A DNA stretch of 63,661 nt, filler included, from Octopus bimaculoides (lineage: Eukaryota), in the NCBI RefSeq assembly GCF_001194135.2. It is 6 parts of 5 records of this genome, joined end to end, with 100 filler letters (N's around TTAATTAATTAA, not from the genome) between each part and the next. Parts side by side here need not be neighbours in the genome. Positions count along the whole stretch, not along the records: positions 32,556 to 53,839 come from NC_068982.1; positions 53,940 to 57,415 come from NW_026408715.1; positions 57,516 to 60,241 come from NC_068990.1; positions 60,342 to 63,661 come from NC_068984.1; 2 more parts are not named here. One strand, given 5' to 3'. This document shows positions 49,696 through 61,137 of the stretch, one piece after another (position 1 is the first letter of the stretch; each line of letters opens with the position of its first letter). The notes under the pieces are model-generated. The model was given only the letters and a program-made list of their open reading frames with translations. It made no database searches and was not told where the DNA came from. The position numbers and the translations under genes are program-made.

Positions 49696-50262
49696 AGATA
49701 AATTATCTTTCTATATATATGAAATTATTATACAAAAAATTTATAAAGTGCTGCTCAGAGTTTCATGCCGTATGTTAATGCTTCCTCGGGTAGAATGCGA
49801 TTTATCTTTGTTGGATTTCTTTGAGTACTTCACAGCTATTTTCTACTTCTCTATTATATCTTTCTAGTTATATAATTGTTTTAAAGTAAAGTATAACCTT
49901 ATACAATGATATAAGAATATAAAATATACAACATAAAACTGGCGTCCGGTGCAGAATCAAATATAATTAGCTACTGCAGCCTGCTATTTCCATCTTCGTA
50001 TCTTGTAACTCTTATATTAATACTGTACACTATCGGAGTTCCAAATGTTTATCCAGCCTTGGAAAATATCTTGCTGAGGATATATGTATTGCAAGTTAAT
50101 TATATGCCAGATTATACAGTGACCAATTCTTTCGCATCCACACAGTGCTTAGCTTTATAGAACGGCTCGTCAGGCTCCAATGTCCGCGTACATTGATCAG
50201 TGTGAATATATGCAATATATGGCTGTACTACATCCGGACATTTTGTATTATTATTGTTATTA

Positions 50263-50497
50263 TTTTATGTTTGACTTTTGCTTTGCATTTGTACAAGTTG
50301 GATCCAAGTCTCACGCAGAGACCTCAAGATACAACAAGTTAGAAGTTCATGGTAGGTGTTATGCCTAGGGTACCATATATTTGAATTTGTAGTGTTGTTT
50401 TAGAGAATGTTTTAAAATTTGAGATCACATAGACAGTATTTTACGTAGGATATGGGCAGTTCCCATGAGCACTATCTTTTGAACTTCAGCCATTTTG
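50263..50497 (-). mobile_element. R4/Dong-like family B, 3' end in (TAA)n
   Basis: KMAEVQKIVLMGTAHILRKILSM* plus a ~160-bp UTR unlike family A. TAA repeats on both sides. Confidence 0.8.
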
Positions 50498-50518
50498 TAT
50501 TATTATTATTACTATTAC

Positions 50519-50579
<61 letters not shown>

Positions 50580-52301
50580 AATGCCCTGATGCAGTACCAG
50601 GAAATGGCTCTCATGGCTTCTGATCTTAACTGATTGGAAGTGTTTTCATGTACATGTTTTGTCTTGGTATAAAAGATGGGCTACTACAAATATTCTGCTC
50701 AATACCACAGATTTGCTTGTCAGTTGTTTGACCTTAACCAGTTGAACTTGTCACTTGGTAGCTGAGGATACGTGCATCTTTGATCACGAACGGAAGTAGT
50801 GGGGTGGGCATCATAGCCACATGTTGAGAGGAATTATTTCGGATTTGGATAATGCGCCTCTGGAAACATAGATGTTTCGTTTATCATCCTTAAACAACCC
50901 TTATTCAAGGATGTTTTGTGCGGGATGGACTATTCCATCTAAAGAAAATTTTCACTTGGCCTCACCTTTAAAGTCATGCGCTGTTTATCTTCATATAAGA
51001 TCACCAAGTCACGCACATTTGCTTGGGATACATGTGCCTTTCGTACTCTCATCAGACGGGTAGTCATGATGGTTATATTGGGCTTCGTATAATTGTACCC
51101 CAGTGTCACTTTGATAAATATTCATTTTCGCATTAGCTACATTTCATCGTCGAAATAGCCAAAACAGTTTTACAAGAACAAATTTAATACAAGCTTTGAC
51201 TGATTATCCTGGACAAAACTAAAATATGCAACGCTTTTTCAACATGTATGTAAATCTTGTAAGTAGATTAACTATATTGGAATTGCAATTTATCTCAATA
51301 TCTTATTATGTGACTGTAAAAGGAAAAGAAAACCTGTAAATATTTCGATCTGGGGAGAACTTCGTGGAAAGTGGCTCAGCTAGCTTAATTTTACTGTTTA
51401 AGTATAAATTTAACAAATTATAATAATTACTATAGTGAAAGTGGTTGCTTACATTTACTATATTTCGATTGAATTCAATAAATGTAAAAATATGTAATAA
51501 AACGCTTAAACTGTGCTTCTGGGGTTAATTTAGTTGATCATTCATACATTATAACATATGTCTAAAAGGATTGAAATTATTTATTTGTCATGTTAATATA
51601 ATTAAGTAGATTATCAATGTCCGCTGGGGAAATCGTCTTGTTTTGTTTCAAACACTATGTTAAATAAGATTATTTAAACAATCTCATTTATGTCTAACAA
51701 TAGCAATCAGTGACCTATTCTGAATTGTTTTCAACGAGAACTCTATTGATGATTCCTTCTATTATTTATTAAAATCAACCAAAGAATAGAAATTTTCGCC
51801 AAGTCAAGATTTGGCAACCAGTAACTTTCTTTTCAATAAATTTGTTTCAATGCTTTTGACTTCTTTCATTATGACACCCTGCGAACTTTCATTTAATTTC
51901 TCATTCTGTGCGAAGTATAATGACAATTCGAGTCTACAGCGTGCTACAGATAAAGATGACGCGTTTTCATGAGAAGAATTTTGCTTTGGTCAGCTCTTTG
52001 AAGGATAACGGCTTAACTCTTCGTCTTGCAAATTTTATTTACACAGAAATTGATAAAAACAAAACTTATAGAGAAACTGAAATGGAAATTTGAGAAGGGA
52101 AGATCAATATGCATCATGTGGAGATGCTATAGTCGCATTTAGCTGCCGTGGATTCAAAAATATGCTACTTGTTCAGTAAGGAACGTAATATATTCAAGCC
52201 TGGAGACATACATTTAAAAGCAATCAAACGAAGTTTACACCCATAATATTGACATAAATTCTTTCACGTGTTGAACTTCCAGCAATATTAGTACCCAAGA
52301 G

Positions 52302-52357
<56 letters not shown>

Positions 52358-53549
52358 CAGAGTGAGTCAATTATTCTTTGACACATTTTGTAAACAAGCT
52401 GGATGAAAAAATTGCTATCGGCAATGAAGGAATGATATAAAGAATATATATTTTGCCGGCCTGTATACACAACTACTAAAACATATGCTTCGGTTAAAGG
52501 AATATTTTTCTAGCAAAATGATTAAAAAAACATGTCTTTGGTCACGAAAAACAGATGCCATATTGAAATAACGTACCAATAAAATGTCATAGTACTTGCT
52601 GAAATTAGGCAGATAACAATCGGTCAAATATAAACCAAAGATTGCATAGCAAACTAAATAAATAAGTTTTCTAATTACCACTGCTTTTAGAATAACAGTT
52701 TACTTGGTATCATAGAATACATATAATACAGATCAACATAAGCTAAGCCTCCTAGGTACGAAATTGCATAGGCCACAGTCTTTGAGACATCACGTGTGGT
52801 TTTGTGCATAGACTTCAAATACACGTAACTTTTTGATTTTAGCAGTATGCATAGCAATTCTGCTGCCCATTTTGATGTAGGGCCTCGGCCTTAATCTTTT
52901 TCATTCTCGTTAAGAATATTGTGGCATTTCCTTCATTATTTCTGCATTAACGTCGTGGAAAATCTTCTTCCAATATGTTCTCTTGTAGCTTGTTTCCTCA
53001 TACTGGCTTTTGCAAAAATATTCTTGCCTATCATCATAGTTCGTATTTCCCCTTCTCGAACAATATTTCTCACGTGTTTCCGATTAGATTCAGCTACCTA
53101 TTACACACTGAAGCCCCACGTCTTGCATTCATTCCTTTCCTTCAGAGGTAATGCTTCTCGTCGTTTTTGATTTTCCTGTCGTTATTTCTAATTCTTATTT
53201 CCTCTTTTTGCCCATTCCTCAAATTTTCTTGCATTTTCTCTGTCACTCGATTCAATTCTCTGCGTCTTTTTTATGCTGATTGCTCGCCGTAAGACACCGA
53301 ATTCTGTTTTGGTAATACAATAATTTAAGAAGCATTGGGCATAACGTTTGCAATATCCATGTCCAGGATAAACCGTTAAGTATGTTTCACGAAAAAATTA
53401 GGAACATGGTAACTAATACATACATCGTTGTAAAATGCCGTATCTAGAATACACCATTACATATTTTTTAGGAAGAAGCATACTCAAAGCATACTCAAAT
53501 TCGGTATGCGACACCCTAGTTATATACATAAGACAACATAATATAGTCA

Positions 53550-53839
53550 TATGCAATGCATATTGCCCACCGGATGCTCCAAACCACAGGCAAATTTGAA
53601 GATTGCCTCGCTAGAATTAAAGAAATCCTCATGAAACTGGAACACCATGTGACCATATTTCTTATGGGTGATTTCAACTTCCCCAACGTCAAATGGCCCG
53701 AAGGTCTCATACTCTCAGGAATGACTTATCGCAAGCAAGCACAGGTGGAATGCCTGCTCAACCTCACCAATGCCCTATTCATGGAGCAAACTGTTCTCAG
53801 ACCAACTAGAGCGAATAACATTCTAGATCTCTGCTTCAC
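53550..53839 (+). mobile_element. LINE apurinic-type endonuclease fragment (CR1-like), cut by a gap
   Basis: IFLMGDFNFPNVKW and EQTVLRPTRANNILDLCF are APE domain motifs. Confidence 0.85.
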
Positions 53840-53939
53840 NNNNNNNNNNNNNNNNNNNNNNNNNNNNNNNNNNNNNNNNNNNNTTAATTAATTAANNNNN
53901 NNNNNNNNNNNNNNNNNNNNNNNNNNNNNNNNNNNNNNN

Positions 53940-53979
<40 letters not shown>

Positions 53980-54186
53980 GTATCCAGTAAATATCGGTAC
54001 CTTGTTGTATCACTCTTATGAATTCATATGTATATATATATATACATATATATATATGCATATATGTATATAACAGGTTTCTTACACTTTTTGCCTTCTA
54101 CATACATACACATGAACACGTGTGTACACACATACGCACAATTATACCACACCTTCCCCCAAAACACCAAAATACCAACTTCTTAC

Positions 54187-54343
54187 CTGTTTCTCAGACA
54201 TGATGGCATAACCTTTCCAAGAGAAGTCTGGGAATACTCTCTGATCAAAGGCAAAGTAGACTTTGCCTCCACCTGGCCGGTAACCGTCTTCAATTTCATA
54301 TTTCTGTTGATGAAGAGTTGGGAAGAAGTAGGTCTTCAATGGC
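54187..54343 (-). CDS. LanA: Laminin alpha (LanA/LAMA3/5-type) exon, start of the globular domain after the LE array
   Basis: 157-bp exon with acceptor ttttatttcAG and donor CAG|GTAAGA. Reads PLKTYFFPTLHQQKYEIEDGYRPGGGKVYFAFDQRVFPDFSWKGYAIMSEKQ, resembling the LAMA5 segment YLPDLHHLRLELEE...FENFSWRGYAQM (recalled from memory). Confidence 0.88.
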
Positions 54344-54458
54344 CTGAAATAAAAAAAATGGGAAAAAATAAAATTATATAAAAAAAAAAAAAGATGAGAA
54401 AAAAGTAGAAATGGGTTCAGCTGTGGTGGTCATGTTTGAGTAGGATTGTAACAAAGAC

Positions 54459-54662
54459 ATGATGATGATGGTAGTGGTGGTGGTGGTGGTGGAAGTGATT
54501 GTGATGGCAATGATGATGATAATGATGATGGTGGTGATGGTGATGATGATGATGGTGGTGATTGTGATAATGGTGGTGGTGATGGTGAAGATGAGGATGA
54601 TGGCAGAAATGATTGTGATGATGATGATGACGATGATGATGATGGGGAAGATGCTGGTGGTG
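54459..54662. repeat. (GAT/GGT)n trinucleotide array
   Basis: Read directly; gives spurious poly-M/V ORFs. Confidence 0.95.
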
Positions 54663-54760
54663 GCAGGATCACTAGAACAGGAAAAAAAAATACTTGACTG
54701 TATTGATTAATGATTTCTAGGTACGTGGCATTTCATTATGTATGTGGAGGGGGGGGAGCC

Positions 54761-54986
54761 AGGGCGGAGAGCTGGCAGAGTTGTTAGCCTCCCGGGTAAA
54801 ATGCTTTGCAGTACTTTGTCTGTCTTCATGTTCTGAGTTCAAATTCCGCCGAGGTCAACTTGGCCTTTCATCCTTTCGGGGTTGATTAAACAAGTACCAG
54901 TTATGCACTGGGGTTGATGTAATCAACTTAATCCTTTCCCCCCACCCAAAAAATTTCAGGCCTTGTGCTTCCAGTAGAAATGATTA
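54761..54986 (+). mobile_element. SINE family 1 in a laminin intron
   Basis: Full-length match, ending agtagaaatgattat. Confidence 0.88.
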
Positions 54987-55685
54987 TGTATGTGGTGGCT
55001 ATATAAAAGCAATGTGTTTGGAGGTGAGCGTGGGTTAGATGGGTGCTGATGAGGGGGCATTAGGAAGGGCATCCTGCTGTAAAGACCTTGCCAACTGGTT
55101 TGTATTAACATACAGTTACAACATTCTGGATATAATGTGGGAATCCTAGGGTAACAAGGGCACGTCTTTGCTGAGGTAGCAAATAGTGAAGAATGGATAG
55201 TGAATAATTAGCTTAATTGATTTCTCGACTGAATCATTAAGTAATTAATTAGTCAATTGCTTTAATGTGTTAATGAATTGACTATCATTTCCCTGTAAGC
55301 AAGCTGATACAGTATATAGTGAAAACGTGTGTAAAAGATTCAAATGTTATCCCTATCTTTCCAAATCTTGCTGCATTTCACATGGAATTTTTAGTTTATA
55401 AGTCGCTCTACTTACTTTGGCTGTAAATTTTTGTTCTCAAAAATTTGGTTGGAAAATATGGTAATAATAATAATACAAAGAAGTTAAATGTAACCCGCGT
55501 GTGTTTCTCATTGGCAAAATGACCCACCCAAGAGACTGCAGCTATGGTTGGGAGTGGTTGTGGTTTGAATGGTGATTGGGTAATGTAAGTGTATCACACA
55601 CACAAACATAACATGAGTGTTTGTGCATTAGGTTATAGTGGGTTGCAGTTTGGTCGAGGGTTCAAACATAACAAAAAGCACTTAC

Positions 55686-55785
55686 TTGTCGCACTTCATT
55701 CCAAAAACTCGTGGTTTACAAATACACTGACCAGTTTGCTTATTGCAGTTCATGGTGGCAGATCCTCCAACATTGCAGTCACACG
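55686..55785 (-). CDS. LanA: Laminin alpha (LanA/LAMA3/5-type) exon encoding a laminin-EGF (LE) module
   Basis: 100-bp exon with acceptor tcttgtccacAG and donor GTAAGT. Reads (x)CDCNVGGSATMNCNKQTGQCICKPRVFGMKCD(K), the LE cysteine spacing. Its phase-2 end joins in frame to exon 54187-54343. Confidence 0.9.
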
Positions 55786-55849
55786 CTGTGGACAAGACAC
55801 ACAGATGTACGTATAAGTATATATATTTCATACATACATACACACATAC

Positions 55850-56042
55850 AATCTTGAGAAATTAGGCTTCTTAAAACCAGAAAGGAGAAAGCTGATTTGA
55901 AAGCTACAGACCCAATCCATCACTGGAACTGTAAAGATCTGTAAAACTTTCCAGAAGTTTATCATTTAAGTATATATGAGCATGTCTAGATATGCAACTA
56001 TATGCATGAGAAGACAAAACAGACAAATCTGCACAAATACAG
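55850..56042 (+). mobile_element. R4/Dong-like family C, second copy, in a laminin intron and in (CATA)n
   Basis: NLEKLGFLKPERRKLI*KLQTQSITGTVKICKTFQKFII* plus a UTR matching ~20900-21098. CATA repeats on both sides. Confidence 0.75.
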
Positions 56043-56044
56043 TC

Positions 56045-56894
56045 ATATATATATATATATACATACATGCATTTATACATACATACACACATACATACAC
56101 ACATACATACATACATGCATACACACATACATACATGCATACATACATACATACACACATACATACATGCATACACACATACATGCATGCATGCATACAT
56201 ACATACACACACATACATACATACACACATACATACATACATACACACATACACACATACATACATGCATACACACATACATACACACATACATACATAC
56301 ACACATACATACATGCATACATNNNNNNNNNNNNNNNNNNNNNNNNNNNNNNNNNNNNNNNNNNNNNNNNNNNNNNNNNNNNNNNNNNNNNNNNNNNNNN
56401 NNNNNNNNNNNNNNNNNNNNNNNNNNNNNNNNNNNNNNNNNNNNNNNNNNNNNNNNNNNNNNNNNNNNNNNNNNNNNNNNNNNNNNNNNNNNNNNNNNNN
56501 NNNNNNNNNNNNNNNNNNNNNNNNNNNNNNNNNNNNNNNNNNNNNNNNNNNNNNNNNNNNNNNNNNNNNNNNNNNNNNNNNNNNNNNNNNNNNNNNNNNN
56601 NNNNNNNNNNNNNNNNNNNNNNNNNNNNNNNNNNNNNNNNNNNNNNNNNNNNNNNNNNNNNNNNNNNNNNNNNNNNNNNNNNNNNNNNACATACATACAT
56701 ACATACATACATGCATACATACATACATACATACATACATACACACATACATACATACACACATACATACATACATACATACATGCATACATACATACAT
56801 ACACACATACATACATACATACATACATACATACATACATACACACATACACACATACATACATACATACATGCATGCATACACACATACACAC
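56045..56894. repeat. Long (CATA/CACA/CATG)n array with an internal gap
   Basis: Read directly; bounded by family C and family D elements. Confidence 0.95.
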
Positions 56895-57001
56895 ATACCC
56901 TGCTGCTGTTGAAATTCCAATGAAGGAACCTCGGGTCTAGGTTAAAAACCAACTCTTTCTCTGTTTGGCAAGAAATCTTGAAATAAAACTGAACAATGAC
57001 A
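56895..57001 (+). mobile_element. Family D, copy 3
   Basis: Matches copies 1 and 2. Follows a long (CATA/CACA)n array. Confidence 0.7.
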
Positions 57002-57122
57002 TGACGATGAACTTGAGAGAGGGGGGGAGAGAGAGAGAGGAGTGATAGGCAGAGAGAAAGAGAGTCAGACAGTGAGAGATGGAGGGTGAGAGTAAGAGTT
57101 GTATGCAGAGGGAGAGAAATTA

Positions 57123-57166
57123 AAAGCAACACACTACACACTGTTCAGTGTGTAGTGTGTTGCTTT
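57123..57166. repeat. Perfect 21-bp inverted repeat with a TT spacer
   Basis: aaagcaacacactacacactg-tt-cagtgtgtagtgtgttgcttt. Confidence 0.95.
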
Positions 57167-57354
57167 CTCCGTGCCACTGGTACTAATGAGGTTGCCAAAA
57201 AGGGGGAAAAGGGAAAAGAAACTGCTCCTACAGAGTGGGAGGGGGATATTTAAGGGGTTAGGATTCGTGTAGGAGAGGTGGATTTATTCCAGGTGTTCTG
57301 AGACCAAAAGTATAATACAGGTGACAAGCATAAGAGTCTTGCAAGAGGAGATAC

Positions 57355-57415
57355 ATGGCGGTGAGTTGGCAGAAACGTTAGCACGCTGGGCGAAATGCTT
57401 AGCGGTATTTTGTCT
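57355..57415 (+). mobile_element. SINE family 1 head, cut by a gap
   Basis: ggcggtgagttggcagaaacgttagcacgctgggcgaaatgcttagcggtattt. Confidence 0.8.
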
Positions 57416-57584
57416 NNNNNNNNNNNNNNNNNNNNNNNNNNNNNNNNNNNNNNNNNNNNTTAATTAATTAANNNNNNNNNNNNNNNNNNNNNNNNNNNNN
57501 NNNNNNNNNNNNNNNTATAATTATACATATCGATATATAAATATATATATGTATGTATATAAATTTATACAACAATATATATTA

Positions 57585-57727
57585 GGCGTAGGGGTGGCAG
57601 TGGGGTAAGTAGCTTGCTTACGAACCACATGGTCCCGGGTTCAGTCCCACTGCGTGGCACCTTTGGCAAGTGTCTTCTACTATAGCCTCGGGCCGACCAA
57701 AGCCTTAAGAGCGGATTTGGTATGTGT

Positions 57728-57769
<42 letters not shown>

Positions 57770-57968
57770 TTGTGTGTCTGTGTTTGCCCCCCTAACAACT
57801 CTTGACAACCGATGCTGGTATGTTTACATCCCCGTTATCTAGCGATTCGGCAAAACAGATCGATAGAATAAATACTAAGCTTACAAGGAATAAGTCTTGG
57901 GTCGATTTGCTCGACTAAAGGCGGTGCTCCAGCAAGGCCGCAGTCAATTGACTGAAACAAGTAAAAGT
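57585..57968 (+). mobile_element. SINE family 2, near full length
   Basis: Head, internal (TG)n, 3' half, and tail ggcggtgctccagca.ggccgcagtc...tgaaacaagtaaaag. Confidence 0.88.
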
Positions 57969-58084
57969 GTAATATATATATATATATATACATGTGTAAG
58001 TAAATGCACTCACGCACACATGCATATGTATATATGTGTGTATGCATATGTTTCTGTGTGTATGAATGTGTTTATGCATGTGAG

Positions 58085-58410
58085 GGCACGTGGCGTAGTG
58101 GTTACGGTATTCGGGTCACAATCGCAAGGTCGTGATTCCGATACACAGGTGCGGGTTTTGTTCTTGAGTGAGACGCTCTCCTTCGGATTGCTGCCACCCA
58201 CTCATCTCACAGAAATGAGTAATAGCTGCATTTCAAAAGGCCAGCCTTATCACACTCTGTGTCACGCTGAGTCCCCCTGAGGACTTCGTGAAGGGCGCAC
58301 GTGTCTGTGAAGTGCTCAGCGTCTTGTACGTTAATATCATGTGCAAGCTGCGCAGCTGATCGGAGAAGCTGAATCATTCGGCGTCGTAACCAACAGAGCA
58401 CCGGTTATTG
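58085..58410 (+). mobile_element. SINE family 3, diverged copy
   Basis: gtggttacggtattcgggtcacaatcgcaaggtcgtgattccgat...ttcttgag...aaatgagt, colinear with the 15-kb copy. Confidence 0.65.
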
Positions 58411-59280
58411 TGTATGTGTGTGTATGCGTGCGTGCGCTTGCATGTGGGTGTATGCGTATATCTGTGTGCATCTGTGTGTCTATAGATATGCACATTTATA
58501 TATATGTTTATACACATCCATGCACGTATAAACGCTTCACCCACACACTCTCACACAAGCATACGCGCGTATATGCACACTGATATATATATATATATAN
58601 NNNNNNNNNNNNNNNNNNNNNNNNNNNNNNNNNNNNNNNNNNNNNNNNNNNNNNNNNNNNNNNNNNNNNNNNNNNNNNNNNNNNNNNNNNNNNNNNNNNN
58701 NNNNNNNNNNNNNNNNNNNNNNNNNNNNNNNNNNNNNNNNNNNNNNNNNNNNNNNNNNNNNNNNNNNNNNNNNNNNNNNNNNNNNNNNNNNNNNNNNNNN
58801 NNNNNNNNNNNNNNNNNNNNNNNNNNNNNNNNNNNNNNNNNNNNNNNNNNNNNNNNNNNNNNNNNNNNNNNNNNNNNNNNNNNNNNNNNNNNNNNNNNNN
58901 NNNNNNNNNNNNNNNNNNNNNNNNNNNNNNNNNNNNNNNNNNNNNNNNNNNNNNNNNNNNNNNNNNNNNNNNNNNNNNNNNNNNNNNNNNNNNNNNNNNN
59001 NNNNNNNNNNNNNNNNNNNNNNNNNNNNNNNNNNNNNNNNNNNNNNNNNNNNNNNNNNNNNNNNNNNNNNNNNNNNNNNNNNNNNNNNNNNNNNNNNNNN
59101 NNNNNNNNNNNNNNNNNNNNNNNNNNNNNNNNNNNNNNNNNNNNNNNNNNNNNNNNNNNNNNNNNNNNNNNNNNNNNATATATATATATATAGTTTAAAA
59201 AAAAACACAAAAAAACAATAATAAATATGTGACGACGTAATACGGATAGTGTTATTGGACGCTCGGGAAAGGAAAGAAAG

Positions 59281-59320
59281 AGAGTATGACGTTTCGGGCG
59301 GAGCCCTTCGTCGGAAAGAC
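59281..59320 (-). ncRNA. Hammerhead-like motif, related subfamily with decayed stem I
   Basis: Minus strand: CTTT-CCGACGA-A-GGGC tcc GCCC-GAA-ACGT-C-ATAC. Core and stem II are intact; stem I is mismatched. Shares the flank acgctcggga with the 17.9-kb copy. Confidence 0.45.
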
Positions 59321-59469
59321 AGAAAGTTCGGAGAATGGAAAACCGGAGGAAGAGGAAAATGGCACCGATGCCCATGAGGTTACATTGTGGAATATACACA
59401 CACATAAATATACACACACATATATATACAAACACATTGTTAAACACTTCCACACATATATACATGGTG

Positions 59470-59506
<37 letters not shown>

Positions 59507-59675
59507 TTACAAACACACACACACACACATATAAGCATTTATATGTGTATATGTGTATAACTTCTGAGCGTACATTGTGTCGTTAATGGGACTGTATCTA
59601 TCTATCTATCTATCTATGTATCTATCTGTCTATCTCTCTCTCTTTCTCTCTCTCTCTCTTACTCTCTCTCTCTTA

Positions 59676-59711
<36 letters not shown>

Positions 59712-59828
59712 GCACATACACACACACACACACATATGTGTATATATGTGTATGTATGTATATATATATATATATGTGTGTATATATATATGCGTATATA
59801 TGAATATGCATATATATGTATATATATT

Positions 59829-59869
<41 letters not shown>

Positions 59870-59875
59870 ATATAT

Positions 59876-60110
59876 ATATTCTTTTATTCTTTTATTCTTT
59901 TATTTGTTTCAGTCATTTGACTGCGGCCATGCTGCAGCACCGCCTTTAGTCGAGAAAATCGACCTCCAGGACTTATTCTTTGTAAACTTAGTACTTATTC
60001 TATCGGTCTCTCTTGCCGAACCGCTAAGTTACGGGTACGTAAACACACCGTCATCGGTTGTCAAGCGATGGTGGGGGGACAAACACAGACACACAAACAC
60101 ACACAGAAAT
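59876..60110 (-). mobile_element. SINE family 2, 3' half (its proximal part is mirrored at 60121-60241)
   Basis: ttcttttattc...tttcagtcatttgactgcggccatgctgcagcaccgcctttagtcgag on the plus strand. Confidence 0.85.
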
Positions 60111-60241
60111 ATATATGTATATACATATATATTTCTGTGTGTGTTTGTGTGTCTGTGTTTGTCCCCCCACCATCGCTTGACAACCGATGACGGTGTGTTT
60201 ACGTACCCGTAACTTAGCGGTTCGGCAAGAGAGACCGATAG
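60000..60241. repeat. Perfect 242-bp spacer-less palindrome ending at a gap
   Basis: Centre at 60120/60121. The two 121-bp arms are exact reverse complements. Confidence 0.95.
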
Positions 60242-60410
60242 NNNNNNNNNNNNNNNNNNNNNNNNNNNNNNNNNNNNNNNNNNNNTTAATTAATTAANNN
60301 NNNNNNNNNNNNNNNNNNNNNNNNNNNNNNNNNNNNNNNNNCTTCGTTGTCTTCTCTTGCTCTTCCTCATTTTTTCTGCCAACGAATCTCCCCCCTCCAC
60401 CTCTCTCTGT

Positions 60411-60461
<51 letters not shown>

Positions 60462-60521
60462 GATATTAAAACGTATTCATCCACTCTCGACTCTTCAATA
60501 TTGCTGCCTTATTCTCCTCTA

Positions 60522-60545
60522 CATCGTCATCGTCGTCATCATCAA

Positions 60546-60576
<31 letters not shown>

Positions 60577-60769
60577 GATATCATTATCATCACCGTCGTC
60601 ATCATCATCATCGTCGTTGTTTTCGTCGTCGTCGTCATTGACAATCAAATCTGTATCGTTTGATTATTGGACGTGTTTCTGTATGTTTTATATTGGTGCG
60701 CTCTTCAATATGAGGCTTTCACTTTTTTTCATATTTTCAGTCCTGTAAATAATAAAAAATCATCACCAC

Positions 60770-60808
<39 letters not shown>

Positions 60809-60825
60809 TGTTATTATTATTATTA

Positions 60826-60860
<35 letters not shown>
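60522..60860. repeat. (CAT/CGT)n and (TAT)n arrays with a ~120-bp unique insert
   Basis: Read directly from the sequence. Confidence 0.9.
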
Positions 60861-61077
60861 GAGGCGGATGGCTTGATCATTATTAGAACGTTGGACGAAA
60901 TGATTAGCGGTATTTCGCCCGTCGCTACGTTCTGAGTTCAAATTCCGCCGAGGTCGACTTTGCCTTTCATCCTTTCAGGGTCGATAAAATAAGTACCAGT
61001 TGAGTACTGGCGTCGATGTAATCGACTCATCCCTACCTCCCCTCAAAATTTCAGGCCTTGTGCTTTTAGTAGAAAGG

Positions 61078-61137
<60 letters not shown>

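Noticed and set aside
50580-51115. ~540-bp higher-GC block starting at a (TAT)n array, probably an interspersed repeat
   Set aside because: Only one copy in the window and no diagnostic motif, so it cannot be supported from this sequence alone.
52700-53450. Purine-rich minus-strand tract, checked as the next laminin exon or a LINE ORF1
   Set aside because: Multiple stops in all frames, and no laminin or transposon motif I can defend.
55904-56045. Apparent minus-strand exon (tttgtgcAG ... GTATGT) shared with 20952-21100
   Set aside because: All three minus frames contain stops, and the plus strand gives an R4/Dong-like C-terminus. It is a retroelement end.
5564-60941. Many long ORFs in the track made of X, YI, HT, CV, RE, FLS or poly-I/L/D
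   Set aside because: They are translations of N gaps and microsatellites with no coding signal.
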